DNA of 33,665 nt from an uncultured Oscillibacter sp. GTDB lineage: Bacteria; Bacillota; Clostridia; Oscillospirales; Oscillospiraceae. Each line of letters opens with the position of its first letter. Position 1 is the stretch's first letter. This document shows, one piece after another, positions 1 through 9,713 of this stretch. Below the pieces are notes generated by a model. The model saw only the letters and a program-made list of their open reading frames with translations, was not told the origin of the DNA and did not search any database. Position numbers and translations under genes: made by a program. The stretch lies in NCBI GenBank assembly GCA_964519775.1, contig CAZFJB010000001.1, positions 1 to 33,665 of the forward strand, given 5' to 3'.

Positions 1-68
1 TGCCTTTTGGTATTTACGCGTTTGATTTGGAACGATCATCTGAATGATAGAAAGAGGAGGAAACGATC

Positions 69-755
69 ATGAAACGCAGTGAGATCAACGCCGCTTTGAA
101 AGAGATGGAAGCGATGGTGAAGGCGTACCGCTTCGCTCTGCCGCCCTTCTGCGATTTTACGCCGGAGGAGTGGCTGGAAAAGGGTCACGATTATGATGAA
201 ATCCGGGAGAATATGCTGGGCTGGGACATCACTGACTACGGCCTGGGTGATTTTGAGAAGGTCGGTTTCTCCCTCATCACCATCCGCAACGGCAACCTGA
301 GTATGCCTGAGAAGTACACCAAGAGCTATGCGGAAAAGCTCCTGTACATTAAGGAGGGCCAGTACTCTCCCATGCACTTCCACTGGTCAAAAATGGAGGA
401 CATCATCAACCGCGGCGGCGGCAACGTGCTGATCCGTGTCTACAACTCTTTGCCCGATGAGGAGATGGATCGGGTCAACGACGTCTGTGTCCATGTGGAT
501 GGCCGTGAAATGGTGGTTCCCGCCGGCTCCCAGGTGCGCCTGACTCCTGGCGAGAGCATCTCCATCTATCCTTATATGTACCATGATTTTGAGGTGGAAA
601 AGGGCAGCGGCCCCGTTTTGCTGGGTGAGGTCAGCCAGTGCAACGATGACAATACCGACAACCGCTTCTATGAAAAAATGGGGCGCTTCCCCGCCATTGA
701 GGAGGATGAACCGCCCTACCGCCTGCTGTGCAATGAGTATCCCGCCGCAAAGTAA
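69..755 (+). CDS. D-lyxose/D-mannose family sugar isomerase (cupin)
   Basis: MKRSEIN start, GWDITDYG, YAEKLL, metal motif PMHFHWSKMEDIINRGGG; RBS GAGGAGG at 54-60. Confidence 0.9.
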   Translation: MKRSEINAALKEMEAMVKAYRFALPPFCDFTPEEWLEKGHDYDEIRENMLGWDITDYGLGDFEKVGFSLITIRNGNLSMPEKYTKSYAEKLLYIKEGQYSPMHFHWSKMEDIINRGGGNVLIRVYNSLPDEEMDRVNDVCVHVDGREMVVPAGSQVRLTPGESISIYPYMYHDFEVEKGSGPVLLGEVSQCNDDNTDNRFYEKMGRFPAIEEDEPPYRLLCNEYPAAK

Positions 756-1672
756 GAGAAACGCGGCTGCGCGGAAAAATATCCTGTTTCTCTTTTCGGA
801 CCAGCACCGGGGGGACACTGTGCACTATGCCAACCCGGATGCCCCGTGCCTGACACCGGCGCTGGACGCGCTGGCGGCGGAGAGCCTGTGCTTTGGAAAC
901 GCCTATACCAACGCGCCGGTCTGCACGCCGGCCCGCTCCGCCCTGTATACGGGGCTGTACCCTTCCGTCACCGGTATGTGCACCAACATCTACCAGCACG
1001 GCTGCTCGACCCATGAACTGGCAGACGCGCCATATCTGCTCAGCCGCCGCCATTACCGGCATCGACCGGCAGATCGGCCGCCTGATGCGACATCTGAAGG
1101 ACAGCGGCGTGTATGAGGACAGCTATATCATCTTCTGCGCTGACCACGGCGATTCGCAGGGCTGTCACAACGGTATGGAAAATAAGTCCGGACACATGTA
1201 TAATGAGATCACGAAGATCCCTCTGATGATCAAGCCCCCCAAGGGTATGGCCCATACCCTCACGGAGCAGTTGGCCTCCACGGTGGATATTTACGCCACT
1301 GTGCTGGACGCGGCGGGACTTGCGGCGGACACCTGGCAGAGCGGCCACTCCCTGCTGCCGCTGCTGGCGGAGCCGGACAAGCCGGTGCGGGATTACGCCG
1401 TGTGCGAGTGTGTCAGCGCTTTTCCGCTGATCGGTATGCAGCGGATGTACCGCCAGGGCGACTTTAAATACGTCTTTAATTGCGGCGGCGCGGACGAATT
1501 GTATGACCAGAAAAACGATCCCTATGAGATGCGGAACCTGATCGACGATCCGGCAAGCCAACCGCTGCTCAGGGAACTGCGGGAAGGCCTTGCGGCAGCC
1601 ATGTACCACCACGGGGACGATAACGCGCCGTGGTTCTGCAAGGTGAATCACATTGGCGACTGGGCGCTGTAA
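733..1672 (+). pseudogene. Formylglycine-type sulfatase, internally deleted and frameshifted
   Basis: Frame +1 has NILFLFSDQHR and the CTPARSALYTG signature (CTPAR 922-936). At GCCGCCGCC (1043-1051) homology moves to frame +2 with the C-terminal part (AAITGIDRQIG, IIFCADHGD, ELYD..NDPYEMRNL). The central GKWH region is absent. Start position is uncertain. Confidence 0.8.
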
Positions 1673-1722
1673 TGAACGCCGTGAAAATAGAAAAATACTT
1701 TGAAACTGTGAGGGTAAGAGCG

Positions 1723-2688
1723 ATGAAACGATATGATATTGTGGCACTGGGCGAATGTCTGATCGACTTTATACCCGCCGGCCTTTCACCGGCAGGGATG
1801 CTGACCTTTGAGCGCAACCCCGGCGGCGCGCCGGCCAATATGCTGGTGGGCGCCACGCATCTGGGCAGAAGTACGGCTTTTATCGGTAAAGTGGGTACGG
1901 ATATGCAGGGCGAATTTCTCAAACAGACCATTGAGAATGCCGGCGTGGATACGTCTGCCATGATCATGAGTGATGAGTTTTTCACCACACTGGCGTTCGT
2001 GACGATCGATGAGCATGGCGAGCGGTCCTTCGCGTTCGCCAGAAAGCCCGGCGCGGATACACAGATATCTGTGGAAGAGCTGGATATGGATATGCTGAAA
2101 AACACGGGCATTTTCCATGTGGGCTCCTTGTCCATGACAGACGAGCCGGCCCGCTCCGCGACGCTGGCGGCCATTTCCGCCGCGAAAGAGGTCGGTGCCA
2201 TGATCTCCTACGATCCCAACTACCGCCCGCTGCTGTGGAGTAGTGAAGAGGCGGCACAGGAGCAGATACGGGTGCTGCTGCCCTACGCGGACATGATCAA
2301 GGTCTCGGACGATGAGTGCGAGATCGTCACCGGATACACAGATCCCGTGGAGGCCGCGGAATATCTGAAGGCACAGGGGATCTCCTGCGTGGTCATCACG
2401 CTGGGTGCCGACGGCGCGTACATTTCCACGGCGCAGGGCGCGTGCAAGGTGGACGGCTACAAGCCTGCCGCGGTAGTGGACACGACCGGAGCGGGGGACG
2501 CGTTCTGGGGCGCGTTCCTGGCCTGCGTGTCTGAGAGCGGAAAAAAGATCGGCGAGTTGACGCTGGATGAGCTGCGGGGGTACGGCGATGTGGCCTGCGC
2601 CGCCGCTAGCCTTGTGGTGGAGAAGCGGGGGGCCATTCCCGCTATGCCTGACCGCGCGCAAGTGAAGGAACGCCTTGCGGAGCGCTGA
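1723..2688 (+). CDS. PfkB family carbohydrate kinase (fructokinase-like)
   Basis: GECLIDF, PGGAPAN, YDPNYRPLLW, VDTTGAGDAF; start moved to MKRYDIV. Confidence 0.9.
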   Translation: MKRYDIVALGECLIDFIPAGLSPAGMLTFERNPGGAPANMLVGATHLGRSTAFIGKVGTDMQGEFLKQTIENAGVDTSAMIMSDEFFTTLAFVTIDEHGERSFAFARKPGADTQISVEELDMDMLKNTGIFHVGSLSMTDEPARSATLAAISAAKEVGAMISYDPNYRPLLWSSEEAAQEQIRVLLPYADMIKVSDDECEIVTGYTDPVEAAEYLKAQGISCVVITLGADGAYISTAQGACKVDGYKPAAVVDTTGAGDAFWGAFLACVSESGKKIGELTLDELRGYGDVACAAASLVVEKRGAIPAMPDRAQVKERLAER

Positions 2689-2719
2689 GCGCTGAAAGCG
2701 GCATAAAGGGGGAGACGCT

Positions 2720-3661
2720 ATGGAACGAAACGCCATTTGCGGCAAGCTCGGTCATATCGAGCAGTTAGCCGGTATCCGGGAAGTGCGTGACAGCGTTACG
2801 GGAACACGGCTGATCGAAGTATGGAACGGTGCTTTGCAATTCACCGTTTTGGCGGACCGGGGTTTTGACATCGGCCCCCTGTTCCTGAACGGCAAAAATC
2901 GGGTGTTTCTTGCCAAGGGCGGTCTTGGGCACCGCACGGAGAGCGACATTATGGGCGGACTGTTTTTCACCTGCGGCCCCGATAACGTGGGACCCGCTGA
3001 GGGAGACCTCCCGATGCACGGCAGCTTTCGCGCGACACCCGCCTCCCATATCGAAACGAGAGCCGCCTGGGTGGATGGAAAATATCGCCTGCGTGTTTGC
3101 GGTGAAGTGCGCTACGGCAGCCTTTTTGGCGGCAGCATCGTGCTGCGCCGTGTCATCGAAACGGAATATGGCAGTTCTGAGCTGACGGTATCGGACACGA
3201 TCACGAACGAGGGCTTCACGCCCTGGCCGCTGATGCTGCTCTACCACATCAATGCCGGCTTCCCATTCCTGGACGAAGGCGTGGAGATCCATCTTCCGAA
3301 GTGTGTTTCCTATCTGCGGGAAGCAAAGCGGCAGCCGGTGGCGGATGACGCCTGGAACCGTATGCCTGCCCCCGCGCCCGGGGCACCGGAGCGGGTCTAT
3401 TATCATGAGGGGATCAGCGGCATGGCACGGCTTCGGATCAAGAACCCCGCCAATGGCGCTGAAACGACCGTTTCCTATGACGCGGAACAGCTTCCTGTAT
3501 TGACACAGTGGATCTCGCCTATGGCGGGGGACTACGCGCTGGGGCTGGAACCGGGCAACTGCCATGTGGAGGGCCTGTCCGGTGAGGCACAGTGGAATGG
3601 CGCGGAAATACTGGAAAGCGGTATGAGTAAGCGGACGAACCTCCATTTCACCTTCTGTTAA
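2720..3661 (+). CDS. Aldose 1-epimerase-like / DUF4432 family protein
   Basis: DRGFDIG, GGLFFTCG, PMHG, MLLYHINAGFP, YALGLEPG; RBS GGGGAG. Confidence 0.75.
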   Translation: MERNAICGKLGHIEQLAGIREVRDSVTGTRLIEVWNGALQFTVLADRGFDIGPLFLNGKNRVFLAKGGLGHRTESDIMGGLFFTCGPDNVGPAEGDLPMHGSFRATPASHIETRAAWVDGKYRLRVCGEVRYGSLFGGSIVLRRVIETEYGSSELTVSDTITNEGFTPWPLMLLYHINAGFPFLDEGVEIHLPKCVSYLREAKRQPVADDAWNRMPAPAPGAPERVYYHEGISGMARLRIKNPANGAETTVSYDAEQLPVLTQWISPMAGDYALGLEPGNCHVEGLSGEAQWNGAEILESGMSKRTNLHFTFC

Positions 3662-3684
3662 CGGACTTAAAAAGGAGAGAGCTT

Positions 3685-6600
3685 ATGCCAATACACCAGC
3701 TGGACGCGCGGGCAAACCAGATGGTTCGCGTTCTGAAAGAACTGATGATTCGGGACTCTGTATCTGTGACAGGGATCCGCGCGGCGATCAGAGACGGATC
3801 GGAGGAGACCCCGTTTGAAAACGGCGGTGAGTGGGGCTGGGACACGGCTCATGACTGGATGGACTTCCGCTTCTCGGTCACGACGCCGGAAACCTACCGG
3901 GGAAAAGTGACACTGTCTGTCGCGACTGGCCGGGAAGGTATGTCTGAGGCCACAAATCCGCAGTTTGTGGTCTGGGTCAACGGTCGAATTGAACAGGCGT
4001 TTGACACCCGCCACACGACTCTGACCCTTGCGGATCAGGCGCTGCCGGGTCAATCGTATGAGATCCTTCTGCAAGGCTATGCCAACAGTGAATATCCGGG
4101 GCAAGGGCCGAGGCACTTTGCGCCGCCGAGATTGAAGCTCTCCCTCAACGATGTGTGCGAAGATGTGCAGCAGTTGGTTTACGATCTGGACGTGATCTTA
4201 CAGGCGGTACAGATGGAGGACGAGGGAAGCCGCGGCAGGGAAACCGCCCTGTATACCGTCTCCGCCGCTTTGAATTTGCTGGATCTGCGGGATCCCTACA
4301 CGGAGGACTTCCATGCCTCTGTGGCGGCGGCCAGAGCGTATCTCCGTGAAAATTACTATGAGCCGTTGCTGAATATAGAACCGGAAGCCTACGCGGATGT
4401 TGTGGGACACACGCATATCGATGTCGCGTGGCTGTGGGATCTCTATCAGACACGGCATAAAGCTGTTCGCTCCTTTTCCACTGTTTTGAAACTGATGGAG
4501 CGGTATCCCGAATATACCTTTATGTCCTCGCAGGCACAGCTCTATCAGTTTGTCAAAGAAGACCAGCCGGAATTGTATGAGCGGATCCGACAGGCAGTGG
4601 AAAGCGGCCGCTGGGAAGTGGAAGGCGGTATGTGGGTCGAGGCGGACTGCAATTTGACCGGTGGGGAGTCGCTGGTGCGGCAGCTTCTTTACGGAAAAGA
4701 ATTTTTCGAAACGGAGTTTGGCAAGCGCTCCCGTGTTTTGTGGCTGCCGGATGCGTTCGGCTATTCTGCCGCCCTGCCGCAGATCTTGAAAAAGAGCGGC
4801 ATCGACTATTTCTTCACCAGCAAGCTCTCATGGAGCGAGTTTAACTGTGTGCCATACGATACCTTCCTTTGGAAGGGGATCGATGGGTCCGAAGTGCTGA
4901 CCCATTTTACGCCGGCCCGGGATTATGTGGAGGAAACGGGAAAAGAAAGGCCGTTCTATACGACCTATAACGCAAAACTCGCACCCGCCCAGATCAAGGG
5001 CGGCTGGCAGCGCTTCCAGCAGAAGGGGCTGGATAATCATTTCCTTGTCACCTACGGCTACGGCGATGGCGGCGGCGGACCTACGGAGTGGATGCTGGAA
5101 AATGCCCGGCGTATGCGCGCGCCCGTACAGGGGCTGCCGGCGGTGCGCAACACCTTCGCGAGACCCTTTTTTGAAGCGCTGGAAAAGCGGGTGAAGGGGA
5201 ACAAACGCCTGCCCAAATGGTCCGGTGAGCTTTATCTGGAATATCACCGCGGCACCTACACGGCTATGGCACGGAATAAGCGAAGCAACCGCTTGATGGA
5301 GCGGGAGTTGCGGGAGGTCGAACTCTGGCGGGAATATGCGTACAGACACAAGGCCCTCCCATATCCCCACGAACAGCTTCGCGACATCTGGCGACAGGCG
5401 CTGACGCTTCAGTTCCACGACATTCTGCCTGGTTCCTCCATCAAAAAAGTCTACGACGATTCCAGGGAAATGTACGAGCGGCTGTTTGCCCAGACACGCG
5501 CCTTGCGGGACGAGGCGTTTGCCGCCCTGAGCGGACCCTCCGGCGATAGTGTGCTGCTGTATAACTCTCTGCCGAGAGAGCGTGATGACATCGTGTATTT
5601 CACGGCGGAACGGGAGGTCACCGCGCTGGAGGATACGGCTGGCAACCGGTATCCGGTGCAGCATCTCTCAGATGGCGCCTGCGCGTTTGTCAGAGGCATG
5701 GTGCCCATGGGCGCCACGCGGATGCGCGTGGCGCGGGGGACGGCGCGAAGCGACTGCATGGATATCAGCACGAAGCGTTTCCGCACGCCGTATTTTGAGG
5801 GAACATTTGACGACGCGATGCGCATCACCTCTCTGGTAGATCGGCGGTGCGGCCGCCAACTGGTCAAAGAGGGACAGGCGCTCAACCGCATCGTGTGCTA
5901 TGAAAATCGCCCGCATAATTACGACGCGTGGGATATCAATATTTACTATGACGAACGGTTTTGGGAGGTTGACGAGCTTCTGTCCGCGCGGATCGTGGAG
6001 CAGGGACCTGTGCTGACAAAGATCCGCTGTGAATACAGCTTTAACCGCTCCAAGATCATCCAGCACATTGTTTTTTATCGGGAGATCGACCGCATTGATT
6101 TTGAAACGCGGGTGGATTGGGCAGAGACGAATTATCTGCTGAAAGCCCATTTCCCTGTGGATGTTTTTTACAATGAGGCCACCTATGACATTCAGTTCGG
6201 CAATGTGAAGCGTCCTGTTCATCGGAATACCTCCTGGGACGCGGCACGGTTTGAAGTCTGCGCCCATAAGTGGATGGATGTGTCGGAGGGGAACTATGGA
6301 TTCAGCCTGCTTAACGACTGCAAATACGGGCACAGCGCCAATGAAAACGATATCGCGCTGACCCTTTTGAAAAGCTCGACTTCGCCCAATCCGGAGGCGG
6401 ATCAGGAAACGCATCAATTCACCTATTCCATCGTCCCTCACAGCGGCGATTGGCGCGCGGCACGCATACCGGACGCGGCGTATCGCCTGAATGTGCCGGT
6501 GACGGCAATGACCGGATGTGCCGGGGAACTGGCTCCTTTCGCACGGGTGGACTGCGAGAATGTCATGATCGAAGCGGTAAAGCAGGCACAGAACGGCTCC

Positions 6601-6789
6601 GGAACGGTGATTCGCCTGTATGAGAGCTTTGGGCAGCGGAGCCATGTCAGACTGGAACTGGGATGGGTGCCCGGGGAAGTGTATCAGGCCTCTTTGATGG
6701 AGGACTTGCTGGAACGTGTGCATCCGTCAGGAAATGTGATCGAATTTGATATCCGACCTTATGAGATCGTGTCGTTTGTCGCGCGGTGA
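3685..6789 (+). CDS. GH38 alpha-mannosidase
   Basis: GHTHIDVAWLW, GGMWVEADCNL, WLPDAFGYS, GYGDGGGGP, ELYLEYHRGTYT, QFHDILPGSSI; 1034 aa; RBS AAGGAG. Confidence 0.93.
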   Translation: MPIHQLDARANQMVRVLKELMIRDSVSVTGIRAAIRDGSEETPFENGGEWGWDTAHDWMDFRFSVTTPETYRGKVTLSVATGREGMSEATNPQFVVWVNGRIEQAFDTRHTTLTLADQALPGQSYEILLQGYANSEYPGQGPRHFAPPRLKLSLNDVCEDVQQLVYDLDVILQAVQMEDEGSRGRETALYTVSAALNLLDLRDPYTEDFHASVAAARAYLRENYYEPLLNIEPEAYADVVGHTHIDVAWLWDLYQTRHKAVRSFSTVLKLMERYPEYTFMSSQAQLYQFVKEDQPELYERIRQAVESGRWEVEGGMWVEADCNLTGGESLVRQLLYGKEFFETEFGKRSRVLWLPDAFGYSAALPQILKKSGIDYFFTSKLSWSEFNCVPYDTFLWKGIDGSEVLTHFTPARDYVEETGKERPFYTTYNAKLAPAQIKGGWQRFQQKGLDNHFLVTYGYGDGGGGPTEWMLENARRMRAPVQGLPAVRNTFARPFFEALEKRVKGNKRLPKWSGELYLEYHRGTYTAMARNKRSNRLMERELREVELWREYAYRHKALPYPHEQLRDIWRQALTLQFHDILPGSSIKKVYDDSREMYERLFAQTRALRDEAFAALSGPSGDSVLLYNSLPRERDDIVYFTAEREVTALEDTAGNRYPVQHLSDGACAFVRGMVPMGATRMRVARGTARSDCMDISTKRFRTPYFEGTFDDAMRITSLVDRRCGRQLVKEGQALNRIVCYENRPHNYDAWDINIYYDERFWEVDELLSARIVEQGPVLTKIRCEYSFNRSKIIQHIVFYREIDRIDFETRVDWAETNYLLKAHFPVDVFYNEATYDIQFGNVKRPVHRNTSWDAARFEVCAHKWMDVSEGNYGFSLLNDCKYGHSANENDIALTLLKSSTSPNPEADQETHQFTYSIVPHSGDWRAARIPDAAYRLNVPVTAMTGCAGELAPFARVDCENVMIEAVKQAQNGSGTVIRLYESFGQRSHVRLELGWVPGEVYQASLMEDLLERVHPSGNVIEFDIRPYEIVSFVAR

Positions 6790-6806
6790 ATGAAGGAGGA
6801 AAAAAT

Positions 6807-7376
6807 ATGAAGATCTCAGCGGCGACCGGCCTTTATCAGCAGCGGGGCGACACGGCTTATCACCTGTCTCCCAAAGATTACGGAGACTTCCTGATCCGTG
6901 TGTTTGACCTATGGTACCAGGACCTGCGAAAAGGGGAGTATGTCAGTGTCCGCCATCTGGATAACTGGCTGGCTATCTTGCTGGGAGAACCGCCGGAATC
7001 CTGCGACATGACAGGCCGCTGCTCTGTTCAGTTCGTGGTGGAGGGCGACGGCGGAGTCTATCCATGCGACTTTTATGTGCTGGACGAATGGAGACTGGGT
7101 ACGGTTGGCCAACAGAGCTTCTCGGAAATGGCGCGGAGCGATGCGGCAAAGCGTTTTATAGCCGAATCCACACGGATCCCGGAGACGTGCCGCGGCTGCT
7201 CCATTTATGGCGTCTGCCGCAACGGCTGCCGCAGGAATCGCCTTGTTCAGGATGGATGGATCGACCGGAATTACTACTGTGAGGCGTACCGCCGATTCTT
7301 TACGGAGCGGCGGCAGGAGCTGATCGGAGCGGCCAATGTAATTATACGGATGCGAAGAGAGCGGAACGTGTGGTGA
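6807..7376 (+). pseudogene. Truncated anaerobic sulfatase maturase: SPASM domain only, behind a short foreign N-terminus
   Basis: C-x5-C, QFVVEGDGGVYPCDFYV, CxxC-x5-C-x3-C, NYYC match the anSME C-terminus; no radical-SAM CxxxCxxC; strong RBS AAGGAGG before ATG 6807. Confidence 0.8.
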
Positions 7377-7423
7377 CCGTGAGCTTATCAAGTGGATCGC
7401 TGGAAAAAACGGCGGAAAAGGGA

Positions 7424-7452
7424 TTGTAAACGGGGGAAAAAGCGTGTATAAT
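7424..7452 (+). promoter_or_regulatory. sigmaA promoter of the small protein gene
   Basis: TTGTAA-17bp-TATAAT. Confidence 0.7.
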
Positions 7453-7495
7453 ACACCATATCGCAACTGCGTTTACAAAGGGCAAGGAGGAACTG

Positions 7496-7678
7496 ATGAT
7501 GAATAAAACGGCTCGTTTTGTGTTGAAGCTGGTGGCTGCGGGATTGGCTTTTTCCGCCCTCGTCTGCCTGATCGTGGGGAGCTGGAGCGATGTTTTTGAG
7601 GCTGTGGAGCGCCGCAAGGCCTGTCGGCTGTCGAAAAAGGAGTGCAGCGACTACGCGGATGAGGAGCTGTATCAGTAA
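7496..7678 (+). CDS. Small single-pass membrane protein (60 aa), unknown function
   Basis: Own promoter, RBS AAGGAGG (7484-7490), hydrophobic stretch LVAAGLAFSALVCLIVG, acidic tail, terminator directly downstream. Confidence 0.75.
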   Translation: MMNKTARFVLKLVAAGLAFSALVCLIVGSWSDVFEAVERRKACRLSKKECSDYADEELYQ

Positions 7679-7686
7679 GAGACGGA

Positions 7687-7725
7687 AATAAAAAAGGATG
7701 CACGGACTCGTGCATCCTTTTTATT
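7687..7725. terminator. Bidirectional intrinsic terminator
   Basis: AAAAAGGATGCACG-gact-CGTGCATCCTTTTT between convergent genes. Confidence 0.85.
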
Positions 7726-7857
7726 ATGCCAAGAAAAAAAGAACTTATAGCGAGGGACCAAGCGGACAAAAAAGCTTCCAGGTCAGAGCGCATAAAGGGT
7801 TACGACCAGATCCATAAAATCTGATCATTCCGCTGGCCGCGTACGCTTCAGCAGCCT

Positions 7858-8757
7858 TTACTGAAAGCGGGCTGTCCACCAATCCGTGAACGCCTCGGCG
7901 TAGTTCGTCTTGAAGCCCATCACGTCCATGCCGCACAGTTTCTCCCACCAGGCGGGGTGATCGCCCAGATTGGAGAGTACCGCGATGCCCTGGTCCCGCA
8001 GCCACAGAACGTCCTCCTGGGTAAAATGCTCCGCGTTCAGTCCAATCTCAAACAGATCCCACGCGCTGACAGCACGGCGGGTCTCCTCGTTCATAAAGCG
8101 CAGGTTGGCACCCAGACGCAGTCCCTTTGGCTTGCCCTGCCCACGGCAGGCGCTTTGGATCTCCTCATTGATCGCGGGCACGCCGGAAAACAAAATATAA
8201 CGGCCCGTATTGGGGGAGCGATCCAAGATCTCCAGCATCCGGGGCATGACACCCAGACTCTTGATCTCGACCTCCACCGTGACATCCGCGCGCTGCCCGG
8301 CATACCAGGCGTCAAAATCGCAAAAGCGCGTCAGACGGGCCATGCGGCCATCCCGGGCCAAAGCGTCCGTGTAGTCGCTGCCTTCCATTTGACCCAATAC
8401 CTGTTGGGGCATTAGAGTCGCCAGCGCCTCCACCTCTGAATGAGGGGGCAGCGCCGTGGGCAGCAGGTGGTTGGCATAGGGCAGCTCCACCTGAGACAGC
8501 TCCTCCCAGGTCATCTCCCGGATCCGGTTATAGTTGACAGCGCTGGGATGCCCCAAGGTCATGCGGGTCAGGTTTGCGTCGTGGACCACAATGATCTCGC
8601 CGTCTTTCGATAGTTGGACATCCAGTTCTATGCCCTCAAGACCGTGGTCCACAGCGTTCTGAAAGGCATCCAGCGTATTGTCCGGGCCATATTGGACCAG
8701 GCCGCGGTGGGCAAAGCGCATGGGCCCGGTATAGTTCACTGTATGGTTCATATTCAT
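7858..8757 (-). CDS. Glycerophosphodiester phosphodiesterase family protein
   Basis: FAHRG, PDNTLDAF, IELDVQLSKDGEIIVVHD, VEIK; no signal peptide. Confidence 0.85.
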   Translation of the reverse strand: MNMNHTVNYTGPMRFAHRGLVQYGPDNTLDAFQNAVDHGLEGIELDVQLSKDGEIIVVHDANLTRMTLGHPSAVNYNRIREMTWEELSQVELPYANHLLPTALPPHSEVEALATLMPQQVLGQMEGSDYTDALARDGRMARLTRFCDFDAWYAGQRADVTVEVEIKSLGVMPRMLEILDRSPNTGRYILFSGVPAINEEIQSACRGQGKPKGLRLGANLRFMNEETRRAVSAWDLFEIGLNAEHFTQEDVLWLRDQGIAVLSNLGDHPAWWEKLCGMDVMGFKTNYAEAFTDWWTARFQ

Positions 8758-8801
8758 CTCACCACAACAAAATCAGCAGACGGGCTTTCGCGGACAGGGC
8801 G

Positions 8802-9701
8802 TCAGGCGGTCCAATCCCGCAAAAGTGCCGTAAGCGCGTTGCTTTTTTTATAGTTCAGCAGCAATGTGGAGATCTGGTCCCGAACCTCCTCCAGACTTTT
8901 CTCACGGGCCTCCAGCCGGCGTGCCAACTGGATTATTTCATAGCCTGCGGGGGTCCGAACAATGCCGCTGTAGTCTCCCACTTCACGCAAAGTCAGGGCC
9001 GCTCCTTTAAATTCCTCATAATAATCCACCGTGGATTCGTAAGGGCCTACCAGATAACCTAAAGTGGCGTAAGGCTCCTCCAGCATACCGGGGTCGGTAC
9101 CATACGCTTTTAGTAAGTCCTCAAATTTCTCACCCTGATCCAGCTTTGCCAACACTTCTTTGGCAGTCTCCTCGCTGTCTGTCAGAATATGGCGGACATA
9201 GACATACCCCTCCGGCACGACCAATGGCTCCACACCGCCGTGCTTGTCGTAGAGATCCTGCTGGGATTTGAATACGCCGGGATTTTTTTCAAACGAAGCG
9301 CGCAGCGCCTCCAGACGGACGTCATACCATTCCCGGATCTCCTCTTCGGAAACGCTCGCTTGCAGCGGCAGCTCCCGGCACAGCTTATCAAACAGCCGCA
9401 GCTCCCGCTCTTCCTCTGCCAGCTCCTCCAGTGTGTAGGACTCGCCGAGCATGGCGTATTGCGCTTTGGCATCCTCACTCGCCCGCAGGACCGCTTCCTC
9501 CTCCGTCTCATTCAGTGTAATGCCCCGTGCCGCGCATTCGGCGAAAAGCGCCTCCCGGGTGGTCATCCCCTGATAATCGCCGGAGGGCTTCAGCGCCTTG
9601 CTTTCATTGAACAGCGGGGCAATGCCGACTGCCAGAAGAACAGCGATGACCGCCAGCAGCGCCCAGAGATACCAGCCCGTCCTTTTTCCTGCTATTTTCA
9701 T
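8802..9701 (-). CDS. Membrane-anchored parvulin-type peptidyl-prolyl isomerase (PrsA-like)
   Basis: N-terminal TM helix; VRHIL..SEETAKEVLAKLDQGEKFEDL, EEFKGAALTL, IVRTPAGYEII. Confidence 0.75.
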   Translation of the reverse strand: MKIAGKRTGWYLWALLAVIAVLLAVGIAPLFNESKALKPSGDYQGMTTREALFAECAARGITLNETEEEAVLRASEDAKAQYAMLGESYTLEELAEEERELRLFDKLCRELPLQASVSEEEIREWYDVRLEALRASFEKNPGVFKSQQDLYDKHGGVEPLVVPEGYVYVRHILTDSEETAKEVLAKLDQGEKFEDLLKAYGTDPGMLEEPYATLGYLVGPYESTVDYYEEFKGAALTLREVGDYSGIVRTPAGYEIIQLARRLEAREKSLEEVRDQISTLLLNYKKSNALTALLRDWTA

Positions 9702-9713
9702 GGCTGTTCCTCC

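Noticed and set aside
583-1116. 177-aa ORF and 893-1672 ORF as two independent genes or a programmed frameshift
   Set aside because: They are halves of one sulfatase; the central domain is missing and there is no slippery heptamer, so recoding could not restore an enzyme
6786-7376. RiPP radical-SAM/SPASM maturase with the 60-aa ORF as precursor
   Set aside because: No radical-SAM motif; the sequence is anSME-like and linked to a sulfatase; the small ORF is a TM protein with its own promoter
7761-7771. AGCGGACAAAA repeated near 33412 as possible att sites
   Set aside because: Only 11 bp, no integrase or tRNA nearby; compatible with chance
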